Made by a program: the position numbers and the translations under genes
Part shown: positions 19,214 to 28,273 of the stretch, piece after piece
Position numbering within the stretch: the stretch's first letter is position 1
How the letters are laid out: every line of letters begins with the position of its first letter
Notes under the pieces: model-generated
What the model was told of the DNA's origin: nothing
Database searches by the model: none
Seen by the model: only the letters and a program-made list of their open reading frames with translations
Assembly (NCBI GenBank): GCA_001896555.1
Contig: MPOS01000002.1
Span: 77,371 to 141,370, forward strand
Source of the DNA: Candidatus Phosphitivorax anaerolimi
GTDB taxonomy: Bacteria > Desulfobacterota > Desulfomonilia > UBA1062
Direction of reading: 5' to 3'
Length of the DNA: 64,000 nucleotides

Positions 19214-19229
19214 ATGTTATATATAACAT
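19214..19229. promoter_or_regulatory. perfect 16-bp palindrome ATGTTATATATAACAT (Zur/Fur-family-like operator candidate)
   Basis: Exact inverted repeat inside a roughly 170-bp AT-rich island in the divergent mrp/fmdE intergenic region. Its half-sites match the gamma-proteobacterial Zur box half-sites ATGTTATA/TATAACAT, but here they are abutted without the central N. Confidence 0.5.
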
Positions 19230-19255
19230 AAATAATACTTGCACAAGCTGTTGTT

Positions 19256-19271
19256 ATGTTATAGTTAACAT
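19256..19271. promoter_or_regulatory. second, imperfect copy of the same palindrome (ATGTTATAGTTAACAT)
   Basis: 14/16 symmetric positions. Its centre lies 42 bp (about 4 helical turns) from the first site. It overlaps the putative -10 region downstream of a TTGCAC -35 (19239-19244), about 55 nt before the fmdE-like start. Confidence 0.45.
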
Positions 19272-19326
19272 ATAAAATGAATGTATGGGCTCTCGGGCTC
19301 ATGAATAGATTTGAAAGGATATAGAC

Positions 19327-19881
19327 ATGGCATCCATCGTTGATTACGACACTCTTCTGGACGAGTGCATCACGTTTCACGGGCATCTCTGCATGGGGCA
19401 GGTTCTGGGAGTGCGGGTAGCATCAAAAGGCCTGGAGCTTGTCTCGCCTGATTTACCGCGGGATCTGATCGTTGCTGTGGAGATAGACCGCTGCCTGGCG
19501 GACGCTGTGCTCACGGTCACGGGCACGAGGATAGGGCGGCGCAGCCTCAAGCTGTATAATTACGGCCGCATGGCGGCATCGTTTCTGAACTGCACAACCG
19601 GAAAGGCATACCGGGTAAGGGCTGCCTACCAGGGGCCCCAGCCTGGGGACGACGAGAAGGCCATGAGGTCGATCCTTGTGCTCCCGGATGAAGAGATCGT
19701 CGCCTGGGAAGAGATCGAGCTCGTATTCCCTGAAAGCGAAATGCCCGGGAGACCAAAGAGAACCGTCCTCTGCAGCATCTGCGGCGAGAAGATCTTCGAC
19801 GGCAAGGACAGGCCGGGGCCCGATGGCCCTGCTTGCGCCGCATGCCTCGACGGCAGGTACTATACGGTCAAGAAGAGCTGA
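19327..19881 (+). CDS. FmdE-family protein (formylmethanofuran dehydrogenase subunit E-like domain with C-terminal Cys4 zinc ribbon)
   Basis: FHGHLCMG motif typical of the FmdE domain; C-terminal CSICGEK...CAAC zinc-ribbon. Confidence 0.6.
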   Translation: MASIVDYDTLLDECITFHGHLCMGQVLGVRVASKGLELVSPDLPRDLIVAVEIDRCLADAVLTVTGTRIGRRSLKLYNYGRMAASFLNCTTGKAYRVRAAYQGPQPGDDEKAMRSILVLPDEEIVAWEEIELVFPESEMPGRPKRTVLCSICGEKIFDGKDRPGPDGPACAACLDGRYYTVKKS

Positions 19882-19910
19882 AAATCGTAAAATTAGGGAG
19901 AGAGGTATCA

Positions 19911-20705
19911 ATGGGGCTGCATTTTGCCAGAAGGAAAGGATCGCCGTGGAGCCTGTTCGATCGGCTCATCGAGGGAATCCCGCAGGAGATCGAGGTCGAA
20001 GATTGTCTTGTCGGGCTCCACTGGATCATGGTCCGGTCGAAGGGTGTGGGGATTGCCATGACGCCGCCCGAGGGCTCCAGGCATATCGAGGGCGCGGGAA
20101 CATTCAGGGGCAGGAAGGTCAGGGATCTGGCCGGGCTCATGAGGTCGTGGAGCATCATGGAGGCGGCAATCGGCGCAGCCGCTGCCAACTCGTATTACAA
20201 TGCGCCCGAGGTGCTGGCGGAAACCTGGGATATCGACATCCACAACCAGCCTGAGCTCAATGCGTTCGAGTATTATCAGAAACGCCTTGAGGGAAAGAAG
20301 GTTGCAGTGAAAGGCCATTTTCCGGGGCTCGAAGGCCTCGCAGAGGCATGCGAGCTCTCGATCCTGGAGAGAAGGCCTCAGAAAGGTGATTTCCCCGATC
20401 CTGCCTGCGAATATCTCCTCCCCCGTCAGGATGCGGTCTTCATGACCGGGACCGCCCTCATCAACAAAACCATGCCCCGCCTCCTCGAACTCGCTGCCGG
20501 AGGGATGAGCGTGGTCGTCGGCCCCACCACGCCGATCACGCCTCTGCTCTTCGCCTTTGGTGCGACAGCGCTTGCAGGCTCTGTGGTCATCGATGAGAAG
20601 AACGCATGGCGCCACGTTGCAGAGGGCGGGGACAGGTCGATCTTCTCCCACGGGACCCGGATGATAAAGGCTGAGCCTGCCATGGCAAGGAGGAGCGGGC
20701 GATGA
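19911..20705 (+). CDS. DUF4213/DUF364 'putative heavy-metal chelation' family protein (paralogue 1)
   Basis: About 265 aa. N-terminal small domain plus C-terminal Rossmann-like domain ending ...GGDRS. The architecture and the fmdE/ABC-transporter context match the DUF4213+DUF364 family. The call is by pattern, not by search. Start chosen at the ATG after SD AGGGAGAGAGG. Confidence 0.5.
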   Translation: MGLHFARRKGSPWSLFDRLIEGIPQEIEVEDCLVGLHWIMVRSKGVGIAMTPPEGSRHIEGAGTFRGRKVRDLAGLMRSWSIMEAAIGAAAANSYYNAPEVLAETWDIDIHNQPELNAFEYYQKRLEGKKVAVKGHFPGLEGLAEACELSILERRPQKGDFPDPACEYLLPRQDAVFMTGTALINKTMPRLLELAAGGMSVVVGPTTPITPLLFAFGATALAGSVVIDEKNAWRHVAEGGDRSIFSHGTRMIKAEPAMARRSGR

Positions 20706-21541
20706 CTGTCCCGGGGTATGACCGCATGATCGATGCAATCGCCTCTTCGGCAGACCCGAGGCCGCGCATCGAGGACATCCGCATCTACACCAACTGGGTC
20801 CTGGTCAAGACGGGCAAGTGGTCGCTGTCCACGGTCTTTCGGGGCATGCCGGGCTTCGACGAGCACCCGGGCATGGACACCTGGATGGGGGGCTGGCTGG
20901 GAAGGCCCGGTCTCGAATCCGCCATGGAGCTCCTTTCGAGCAGGGAAACGCTCAAGCGCGCCGTGGGAATGGCCTGCCTAAAATCCCTGCTCCCGGAGCC
21001 CGAGCACGTGCTCTTCGGGAATGCCATCGACATGTTCGAGGCCGCATCGCCGCATGTGCCCATATGCTTCATCGGGCATTTCAAGGATGGCGCGGACTGG
21101 CGCAGCAGAGGCCGCCCGGTCTCCATCGTGGAGCTCTTTCCAAGGCCGGGAGACATCCACTGGGATGAGGCGGATGAAGTCCTTGAAAAGGCGCGGATCG
21201 TGCTCATGACAGGGCTCACCGTGGTAAACGAGACCCTTTCGGCAGTGGTGGCCCGCACGCCCTCGGCCCTCATCCGCGTGATCATGGGCCCGACCGTGCC
21301 GCCGAGCCGGGCGCTCTTCGACTTCGGCATCGACATGCTCGGCGTGACCCTGGTCGACGATGTCGAGGCCATGGTGGGATATGCGCGGCTGGGAGGGGGC
21401 AGCATCGCCTATTCTCCTCCGGGCGCCCTCCGGAAGATCAATATGGTGAGAAGCGCCGACGATATACGCCGGAGGCTTGCCTCCCTGCTGACGGACCAGT
21501 GGGAGATCACAGGGGAAAAGGAAGAACTGGCATGTGGCTGA
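20702..21541 (+). CDS. DUF4213/DUF364 'putative heavy-metal chelation' family protein (paralogue 2)
   Basis: Same architecture as the preceding gene (C-terminal ...LGGGSIAY). ATGA start/stop overlap with paralogue 1 suggests translational coupling. Confidence 0.5.
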   Translation: MTVPGYDRMIDAIASSADPRPRIEDIRIYTNWVLVKTGKWSLSTVFRGMPGFDEHPGMDTWMGGWLGRPGLESAMELLSSRETLKRAVGMACLKSLLPEPEHVLFGNAIDMFEAASPHVPICFIGHFKDGADWRSRGRPVSIVELFPRPGDIHWDEADEVLEKARIVLMTGLTVVNETLSAVVARTPSALIRVIMGPTVPPSRALFDFGIDMLGVTLVDDVEAMVGYARLGGGSIAYSPPGALRKINMVRSADDIRRRLASLLTDQWEITGEKEELACG

Positions 21542-22356
21542 ACGCAGTCGCCCAATGGCGCTCGAAACGGGTTGCCTGCGCCCTGGTGACGATCATCGAA
21601 TCGGCCGGGTCAACTCCCCGCAAGGCCGGATCGAAAATGGCGGTGAGCGCGTGCGGGAAAACCGCAGGCTCTGTTGGCGGAGGCGCAGTCGAGCTGAAAT
21701 GCATAGAGCTTGCGAAAGAAGCGATTGCCCGGGGGGCCTGCATCACCGGGCGCTTCGTTTCAAACGACCAGGGCAACGACTGGACGCTTGCGGAGCAGGA
21801 TAGGTTGCTTGGCCTGTGCGGCGGGACGCTCACGGTGTTCGTCGAGCCTCTGACGCCCGAGCCTGAGCTGGTGATCTTCGGCGGAGGCCACATAGGCATG
21901 CACCTGGGAAGGCTGTGCGAGGTCCTGGAAATGCCGTACCGCGTGTACGACGAGCGGAAAGACTTCGTTGACGAAAAGCGCTTCTCCGGTGCCAAGGCCC
22001 TCGTCTGCGCCCCGTTCGCCGAGATTTCAGCGCATGTCGAGCTGTCGGACAGGAGCTACTGCGTGGTCATGACCTACGGCCACGAGCACGACGAAGAGGT
22101 CCTGGAACAGCTCCTGAAAAACAGCGCGATCCCCTACATCGGCATGATCGGCAGCCCGAACAAGGCGGGCGTCCTGGTCCGGAACATCAGGCAGCGAGGC
22201 GGCGTCATCGACGATAGGCTCTACTGCCCCATCGGGCTTTGCATCGGCCGGAACCTCCCGCAGGAGATCGCCCTGTCGGTCATGGCCGAGGTCGTGCTGC
22301 TCGCAAGGGGAGGACGGTACGACCATATGCGGATCGACTGGACCGGGAAAACTTAA
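21532..22356 (+). CDS. XdhC/CoxI-family protein (molybdenum-cofactor insertion chaperone-like)
   Basis: XdhC_CoxI N-domain (TIIESAGSTPRKAGSKMAV...GSVGGGAVE) plus XdhC Rossmann domain (VIFGGGHIG). SD AAAAGGAAGAA upstream; 10-nt overlap with the preceding gene. Confidence 0.7.
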   Translation: MWLNAVAQWRSKRVACALVTIIESAGSTPRKAGSKMAVSACGKTAGSVGGGAVELKCIELAKEAIARGACITGRFVSNDQGNDWTLAEQDRLLGLCGGTLTVFVEPLTPEPELVIFGGGHIGMHLGRLCEVLEMPYRVYDERKDFVDEKRFSGAKALVCAPFAEISAHVELSDRSYCVVMTYGHEHDEEVLEQLLKNSAIPYIGMIGSPNKAGVLVRNIRQRGGVIDDRLYCPIGLCIGRNLPQEIALSVMAEVVLLARGGRYDHMRIDWTGKT

Positions 22357-22454
22357 AATCAGCGGCATGAACCCCGGGGCAAGCCGTTGACTTTGTTTTA
22401 TTACAAGCGGCGGGGGATAAGCCCAGGAGACATTCAAATCATGCGAGAGGAAAT

Positions 22455-24485
22455 GTGAATATGAAGAGGGGATTGGGCATCAGGTGCATTTGCGGACTGG
22501 TTGTGCTTTTCCTGGCCTTCTCCGGTGCGGCGGCTGCCCGGGAGGCGGGCGGAGAAGCGAAAAAAGGCGATGCGAACGTCTTTAAGCTCGGAGAGGTGGA
22601 AGTCAGCGGAAAAAAAGAAGCGGTAAAGAACGTGACCGTGGACAAGGTCTCGTCGGAAGAGATGAGGCTCTTCAATGCAGACAACGTTGCCGAGGCCGCG
22701 GGCAGGCTCCCCGGGGTGAACATGTCCGCTTTCGGTGTAAGGAACGAGCGGATGGTATACGTGAGGGGCTTCGATCTCAAGCACGCGCCGATCTTCCTGG
22801 ACGGCATCCCCATCTATGTCCCCTATGACGGATACCCGGACCTCGGCAGGTTCACCACCTCCGATTTGTCGGAGATCGTGGTTTCCAAGGGGTTCACGTC
22901 CGTACTCTACGGGCCGAACACCATGGGAGGCGCGATCAACATGGTGTCGCGGAGACCGGAAAAGACCTTTGAAGGCGATGCGGGCGCCGGCTACGGCACC
23001 GGGGGGACCTACAGGGCACACCTCAATCTCGGGACGAATCAGGGAAGGTGGTATGTCCAGGCAGGCGGGTCATACATCGACAGCGATTATTTCCCGCTTT
23101 CCGACAGCTTCGACCCCACGCCTGCGGAAGACGGTAAGCGCAGAGAAAACTCCTATTATAAGGACGAGAGCGCAAACATAAAAATCGGCTTCACTCCCAA
23201 TGCCGAAGACGAGTATGCCTTGAGCTACATTCGCCAGCACGGCGTGAAGGGCTCGCCGCCGTATGCCGGGACAGACACTTCCCAGACTGCCCGTTACTGG
23301 CAGTGGCCCTACTGGAACAAGGAGAGCGTGTACTTCACCTCCAGGACGGAATTTCAAGCCCCCTTCTACCTGAAAACAGGCGCTTTCTATGACAGGTTCT
23401 GGAATTCCCTCCTGAGCTTCGACGATGCTACATACTCCACCATTACCCGGAAATACGCATTCAGGAGCGACTACAACGACCATACCTTCGGCGGTTCCGT
23501 CGAGGTCGGGACGGAAGCGGTCCGGTCCAACCTGATCAAGCTCTCTCTCAGGTACAAGAACGACATCCACAAGGAGTGGAACGAGGGAAAACCCATCCAG
23601 ACCTTCCAGGACTGCACCCTTTCCGCCGGTCTGGAAGATACGGTCACTATTTCCGAAGAGCTGTATGTCATTGCCGGAGCGAGCTATGACATGGCGGATA
23701 CCGTGGAGGCGGAAGACCTGGACGGCTCGAATCAGAGGGTCGATTTCGAGATGGAAAGAACAGCTGCGTTCAACCCCCAGCTCGGCATATTCTATACCCT
23801 CCCCGGCAAGGGAGTGATCCATGCCGCGATATCGAGAAAGACCCGCATACCTTCCATCAAGGACAAGTTCTCCTACAGGCTGGGCACCGCGATCCCCAAC
23901 CCCGGTCTCGATCCGGAGAAGTCGATCAACTATGAGATCGGATATCAGAACACCTTCTTCGGCAGGTTCTTCTTCAAGACCACGGTCTTCCACAACAACA
24001 TCACCGACTACATTCTCCAGGCAACGGTGCCCGATCCCTCGAACCCCGGGAGCACGACCCTGCAGAACCAGAACATCGGGAAGGTATCCCAGTACGGGGC
24101 CGAGGTGGAAGTATCGGGGGCACTGCTCGATGTCCTCGAAGGAGGCCTCACCTACGCCTATATCCACCAGAACAACAGAACGAATTCCAACAAGCTGACA
24201 AACGTCCCCGCGGCCAAGGCGGGAGGCTACCTCAAGTGCTCTCCCGCACACTTTGTGAGCGGGCTCGTGGACGTGCAGTACGTTTCAAAGATGTACAGCT
24301 CGTCGAACGGCGTGCGGGAGGCCGGGGACTTCACTGTCGTGAATGCGAAGCTCATGTGCGAGCCGGTGAAAGGAATCACGGCTGAAGCAGGGCTCGACAA
24401 TGTGTTCGACAGGAACTACGCTCTGGATGAGGGATTTCCCGAGCCGGGCAGGACCATGTTCGCAAATATCGGCTACAGGTTCTAG
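22455..24485 (+). CDS. TonB-dependent outer-membrane receptor
   Basis: Signal peptide, plug-domain motifs and a C-terminal beta-barrel ending in the terminal aromatic ...IGYRF. Confidence 0.85.
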   Translation: MNMKRGLGIRCICGLVVLFLAFSGAAAAREAGGEAKKGDANVFKLGEVEVSGKKEAVKNVTVDKVSSEEMRLFNADNVAEAAGRLPGVNMSAFGVRNERMVYVRGFDLKHAPIFLDGIPIYVPYDGYPDLGRFTTSDLSEIVVSKGFTSVLYGPNTMGGAINMVSRRPEKTFEGDAGAGYGTGGTYRAHLNLGTNQGRWYVQAGGSYIDSDYFPLSDSFDPTPAEDGKRRENSYYKDESANIKIGFTPNAEDEYALSYIRQHGVKGSPPYAGTDTSQTARYWQWPYWNKESVYFTSRTEFQAPFYLKTGAFYDRFWNSLLSFDDATYSTITRKYAFRSDYNDHTFGGSVEVGTEAVRSNLIKLSLRYKNDIHKEWNEGKPIQTFQDCTLSAGLEDTVTISEELYVIAGASYDMADTVEAEDLDGSNQRVDFEMERTAAFNPQLGIFYTLPGKGVIHAAISRKTRIPSIKDKFSYRLGTAIPNPGLDPEKSINYEIGYQNTFFGRFFFKTTVFHNNITDYILQATVPDPSNPGSTTLQNQNIGKVSQYGAEVEVSGALLDVLEGGLTYAYIHQNNRTNSNKLTNVPAAKAGGYLKCSPAHFVSGLVDVQYVSKMYSSSNGVREAGDFTVVNAKLMCEPVKGITAEAGLDNVFDRNYALDEGFPEPGRTMFANIGYRF

Positions 24486-24494
24486 GGGCTTGGA

Positions 24495-25565
24495 ATGCGG
24501 CGGAGCTCCCGGTATCGCGTCGCGGCATATACGCTGCCCATCCTGGTCATGACCTTCCTCTTTCCGGTCCTGGCAGGCATGTCGCCTGCCTCGGCCGGGG
24601 AGATCACTGACATGACCGGCAGGAAAGTCGTCGTGCCTGACACAATCAACCGGGTGTTCGCCGTATCCCCACCGGGCACCTATCTGCTCTATGCCCTCGA
24701 CCCATCCGTCATCATCGGCCTGAACTTCCCTCTGTGGGAGAGCGAGAAGCGGTATACGGCGAAAAGCTACCAGACCCTGCCGGTCATCGGCGGCATGGTG
24801 GGCCAGGGAAGGAACATCAATCAGGAGGTGCTCCTGGCGGCAAAGCCCGATGTAATCGTCATCTGGGCAGGCAGAGTCTCCGCTGTGACGAGAAACTACG
24901 AAGAGATGTTTGCGAGGATGAAGATCCCCTGGTTCAACGTTTGCCTCGATACCATAGATGATTACCCTGAAGCGATCCTGTTTGTGGGCAGGCTCCTGGG
25001 CAGGAAAGAGCGGGCCGCAGAGCTCCATGGCTATGCCGTGTGTTCGCTGAACCAGGTGAAAACTTCTGTTGCCGGGATACCCGAGGCTTCACGGCCAAAA
25101 GTGTATTATGCACAGGGCATGGACGGCCTCTGCACCGATCCTGCCGGCTCCATGCATACCGAGCTGATCGAGTTCTGCGGCGGCGTCAACGTCCACAGGA
25201 AGCAGTCGCGCGACAATTACGGCTACGGCATGGACAAGGTGACTTTGGAACAGGTCATGCTCTATGACCCGGACGCCATTCTCATCAAGGAAAAGGCCTT
25301 TTACGCCGAGGTGTTCTCAGACCCGCGGTGGAGAAGGATCAAAGCCGTGCGGGAGAAAAGATGCTTCCTGATCCCGCATGGCCCGTTCAACTGGTTCGAC
25401 CGGCCGCCCTCGTTCATGCGGCTCCTGGGCGCCAAGTGGCTCATGTCGATCCTCCATCCCGAACGCTTCCCCATCGACATGATGGGCGAGACGAAGCTCT
25501 TCTACCGGCTCTTCCTGGGAGTCGACCTGAGCGACAAAGAGGCAAAGGAGCTTCTCGGAGAGTGA
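24495..25565 (+). CDS. periplasmic substrate-binding protein, class III (FecB/BtuF/FhuD-like) of an ABC importer
   Basis: Signal peptide, about 350 aa. The two-lobe helical-backbone family pattern is typical of siderophore, heme or cobalamin binders. Confidence 0.75.
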   Translation: MRRSSRYRVAAYTLPILVMTFLFPVLAGMSPASAGEITDMTGRKVVVPDTINRVFAVSPPGTYLLYALDPSVIIGLNFPLWESEKRYTAKSYQTLPVIGGMVGQGRNINQEVLLAAKPDVIVIWAGRVSAVTRNYEEMFARMKIPWFNVCLDTIDDYPEAILFVGRLLGRKERAAELHGYAVCSLNQVKTSVAGIPEASRPKVYYAQGMDGLCTDPAGSMHTELIEFCGGVNVHRKQSRDNYGYGMDKVTLEQVMLYDPDAILIKEKAFYAEVFSDPRWRRIKAVREKRCFLIPHGPFNWFDRPPSFMRLLGAKWLMSILHPERFPIDMMGETKLFYRLFLGVDLSDKEAKELLGE

Positions 25566-26572
25566 AGCCTTCGATCCTCATAATCCTTTGCGCCGTGCTT
25601 GGTCTTATGTGCTGCCTCTCGCTCACCCTCGGCAAATATCCGGTCGGTATAGGCGACATGGCTGCATTCTTCCTGTACAAAACAGCCGGCGCGGGGCCGA
25701 TGGGGGTGGCGGATGCCGAGCTCATGGAGAACCTGCTCTTCGACATCAGGCTTCCCCGCATCCTCGCCGCCATGCTGATCGGAGCCGCTCTTTCCACATC
25801 GGGGGCGTCGTTCCAGGCGCTGTTCACCAACCCGCTCGTGTCTCCGAAGATGCTGGGCGTGCTTTCCGGCGCGTCCTTCGGCGCGGTATCGGCAATGCTC
25901 TTTACCAGGAGCTGGTTCGTGGTGCAGGCCTCTGCAGCGGCCTTCGGCTTCATCGCGGTAGGCGCTGCGATCGGGATAGCCCGGCTGTACCGGACGGATT
26001 CGATCATCATGCTGGTCCTGGGAGGCATCATCAGCGAGGCCCTGTTTACCTCCCTGATCTCCATCGTCAAATACGTTGCCGACCCCTACGACGATCTGCC
26101 CGCCATCACCTACTGGCTCATGGGAAACCTCTCGTTCGTGAATTTAAGGACTGTCACCATCGCCGGTGTCCCGATCCTTGCGGGCGTCTTCGCGCTCATG
26201 CTGTACGGAAAGCATTTGAATGTTCTTTCCCTGGGCGATGAAGAGGCGCACAGCCTGGGCGTCAACATACGGGTCATCCGCTATGGCATCATCTTTTTTG
26301 CCACGCTCGCAAGCACCCTGACCGTGGTCATCGGCGGCATGGTGGGCTGGGTGGGCCTCATCATACCTCACGTGGCCAGGATGCTCGTAGGCCCCAACAA
26401 TATCATCCTCCTTCCCGCCTCGGCGCTCCTGGGGGCAATCTATCTGCTGCTCGCCGACGGTCTTTCCCGGCTGCTGTTCAGCTTCGAGATACCAATCGGC
26501 ATCGTGACCTCGCTCTTCGGCATCCCCTTTTTCCTGTACATCCTGAGGAATGCGAAGAAGGGGTGGAGCTGA
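25562..26572 (+). CDS. FecCD-family ABC permease
   Basis: Polytopic membrane protein with FecCD/BtuC-type conserved glycine-rich segments. GTG start overlaps the stop of the binding-protein gene. Confidence 0.8.
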   Translation: MKPSILIILCAVLGLMCCLSLTLGKYPVGIGDMAAFFLYKTAGAGPMGVADAELMENLLFDIRLPRILAAMLIGAALSTSGASFQALFTNPLVSPKMLGVLSGASFGAVSAMLFTRSWFVVQASAAAFGFIAVGAAIGIARLYRTDSIIMLVLGGIISEALFTSLISIVKYVADPYDDLPAITYWLMGNLSFVNLRTVTIAGVPILAGVFALMLYGKHLNVLSLGDEEAHSLGVNIRVIRYGIIFFATLASTLTVVIGGMVGWVGLIIPHVARMLVGPNNIILLPASALLGAIYLLLADGLSRLLFSFEIPIGIVTSLFGIPFFLYILRNAKKGWS

Positions 26573-26575
26573 ATC

Positions 26576-27472
26576 ATGTTCATCCGAGTCGAGAACATCA
26601 GTTTTTCATACGGGAAAAAGGAAGTGCTCGACGATGTCTCCCTCTCTTTTCGCCGAGGCGAGGTGGTATCCCTGCTCGGACCGAACGGAAGCGGCAAGAC
26701 GACCCTCCTGAAGGTTCTCCTGGGAATCCTCAAGCCTTCAAGGGGCAGGGTCCTGTTCGAAGGTGCTCCGATCGTTGCGATCGGCGCGAAACGGTTCGCC
26801 CGGAGGGTAGCCTATGTGCCGCAGCTGCATCACGGCGCGTTTTCCTACTCTGTCCTGGACGTCGTGCTCATGGGGCGCATGCCGTACAAGAATTTTTTTT
26901 CGCGGTTCACCCGCCGCGACAACGAGATAGCCGAATCCATGCTCGAAAAGCTGGGGATCGTCCACCTCAAGCACAAGCCGTATACGGAGATCAGCGGCGG
27001 CGAGCGCCAGCTCACCCTCATCGCGCGCGCACTGGCACAGGGGGCCGACACCTTCATCATGGACGAGCCCATAACCGGCCTGGACTACGGGAATCAGATC
27101 AGGCTCCTGGAGCAGATCATGGTTCTTTCGGCAGAGGGGCATACCGTCATCAAGTCGACGCACTTTCCCGACCATGCCCTGTGGGTGTCCGACCGCGCGG
27201 TGCTTATGAAGGACGGGACCGTGGCGGCGGACGGCACTGCATCCGGGGAGATCACGGCGGGCAACCTGGGCAAACTCTACAACATCCCGGTGCGGGTCAT
27301 GGACGCCGGCAACGGATTCAGCGTCTGCATCCCCTCTTCGAAGAAATGGGAGTGCACATGCCGGGACAGGAAGAACGGGCCTGCACATCACAAACACGAC
27401 TGCTTCCGCAAAGAAGGGGGAGAGACGAGAGCAGGCAAGACCGCCTGCAGCGGTGAGGGAAAGAAGGAGTAA
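26576..27472 (+). CDS. ABC transporter ATP-binding protein (FepC/BtuD-type) with Cys/His-rich C-terminal extension
   Basis: Walker [10 protein letters not shown], signature SGGERQ, Walker B FIMDEP. It has an extra tail of about 45 aa containing 5 Cys and 3 His ([26 protein letters not shown]...C). Confidence 0.85.
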   Translation: MFIRVENISFSYGKKEVLDDVSLSFRRGEVVSLLGPNGSGKTTLLKVLLGILKPSRGRVLFEGAPIVAIGAKRFARRVAYVPQLHHGAFSYSVLDVVLMGRMPYKNFFSRFTRRDNEIAESMLEKLGIVHLKHKPYTEISGGERQLTLIARALAQGADTFIMDEPITGLDYGNQIRLLEQIMVLSAEGHTVIKSTHFPDHALWVSDRAVLMKDGTVAADGTASGEITAGNLGKLYNIPVRVMDAGNGFSVCIPSSKKWECTCRDRKNGPAHHKHDCFRKEGGETRAGKTACSGEGKKE

Positions 27473-27477
27473 CCGTT

Positions 27478-27912
27478 GTGGAATGGCTGAAGATCGTGAT
27501 CGACTACGGGATTGTCGGGCTGCTCCTCGTCATGAGCGTTATGGCGCTGGCCGTCGCCCTGGAGAGGTACCTGTTCTATCGCAGCGTCAAGATCGATGAG
27601 TTCACGGACAGGAAGACCCTGGAGCTCGAGCTCACCGGGAAGCTCCACCTCATCGCCACCATAGGCAGCAATGCGCCGTACATCGGGCTGCTCGGCACCG
27701 TGCTCGGGATCATGCTCACGTTCTACACCATGGGCAGCGCCGGCTTCATGGATACGGGAAAGATCATGATCGGACTCGCTCTGGCGCTCAAGGTGACTGC
27801 CGTGGGACTTCTCGTGGCCATACCGTCGGTAGCCTGCTACAACCTTCTCCTGAGGAAGGCGAAGGTGCTCATCCTTCAGTGGGAGATCAAGCATGGAAGA
27901 CAAGGGCTTTGA
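27478..27912 (+). CDS. exbB: MotA/TolQ/ExbB-family proton-channel protein (short form)
   Basis: Two to three TM helices with the conserved TolQ/ExbB C-terminal helix pattern. GTG start; followed by exbD with overlap. Confidence 0.6.
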   Translation: MEWLKIVIDYGIVGLLLVMSVMALAVALERYLFYRSVKIDEFTDRKTLELELTGKLHLIATIGSNAPYIGLLGTVLGIMLTFYTMGSAGFMDTGKIMIGLALALKVTAVGLLVAIPSVACYNLLLRKAKVLILQWEIKHGRQGL

Positions 27913-28273
27913 TTACATCAATGTCATTCCGCTGGTGGATGTGATGCTCGTGCTGCTCACCATCGTGCTCACGACCTCGACCTTTGTGGCCACGGGCTCG
28001 ATGCCGGTGGAACTCCCCAGGGCAAGAGAGGTCCACGGAGATGCCCTGAAGACCCTGACCGTGGAAATAGATGCCTCGGGACGGATCTTCATGAACGCAG
28101 CGCCGGTATCTCTCGAAGGAATGAGGGCAATGATGAGCCCGCTCGAAAGGTCGCTTCCCGTCCAGATACGGGCGGACAGGGCCATCGCCCTCCAGGTGTT
28201 CGTGGATGTGCTGGAAATCATTCAGACTCTTGGATTCACGAGGGTGAATCTCCAGCTCGAGCTCAAGAAATGA
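27893..28273 (+). CDS. exbD: ExbD/TolR-family biopolymer transport protein
   Basis: Single N-terminal TM ([14 protein letters not shown]) plus a periplasmic domain; length 126 aa. Confidence 0.75.
   Translation: MEDKGFDYINVIPLVDVMLVLLTIVLTTSTFVATGSMPVELPRAREVHGDALKTLTVEIDASGRIFMNAAPVSLEGMRAMMSPLERSLPVQIRADRAIALQVFVDVLEIIQTLGFTRVNLQLELKK

Noticed and set aside
22357-22454. Possible cobalamin riboswitch upstream of the TonB-dependent receptor (and in 18958-19326)
   Set aside because: The spacer is under 100 nt and neither region contains a B12-box-like core (e.g. GCCACTG) or the expected multi-stem architecture, so no riboswitch is claimed.
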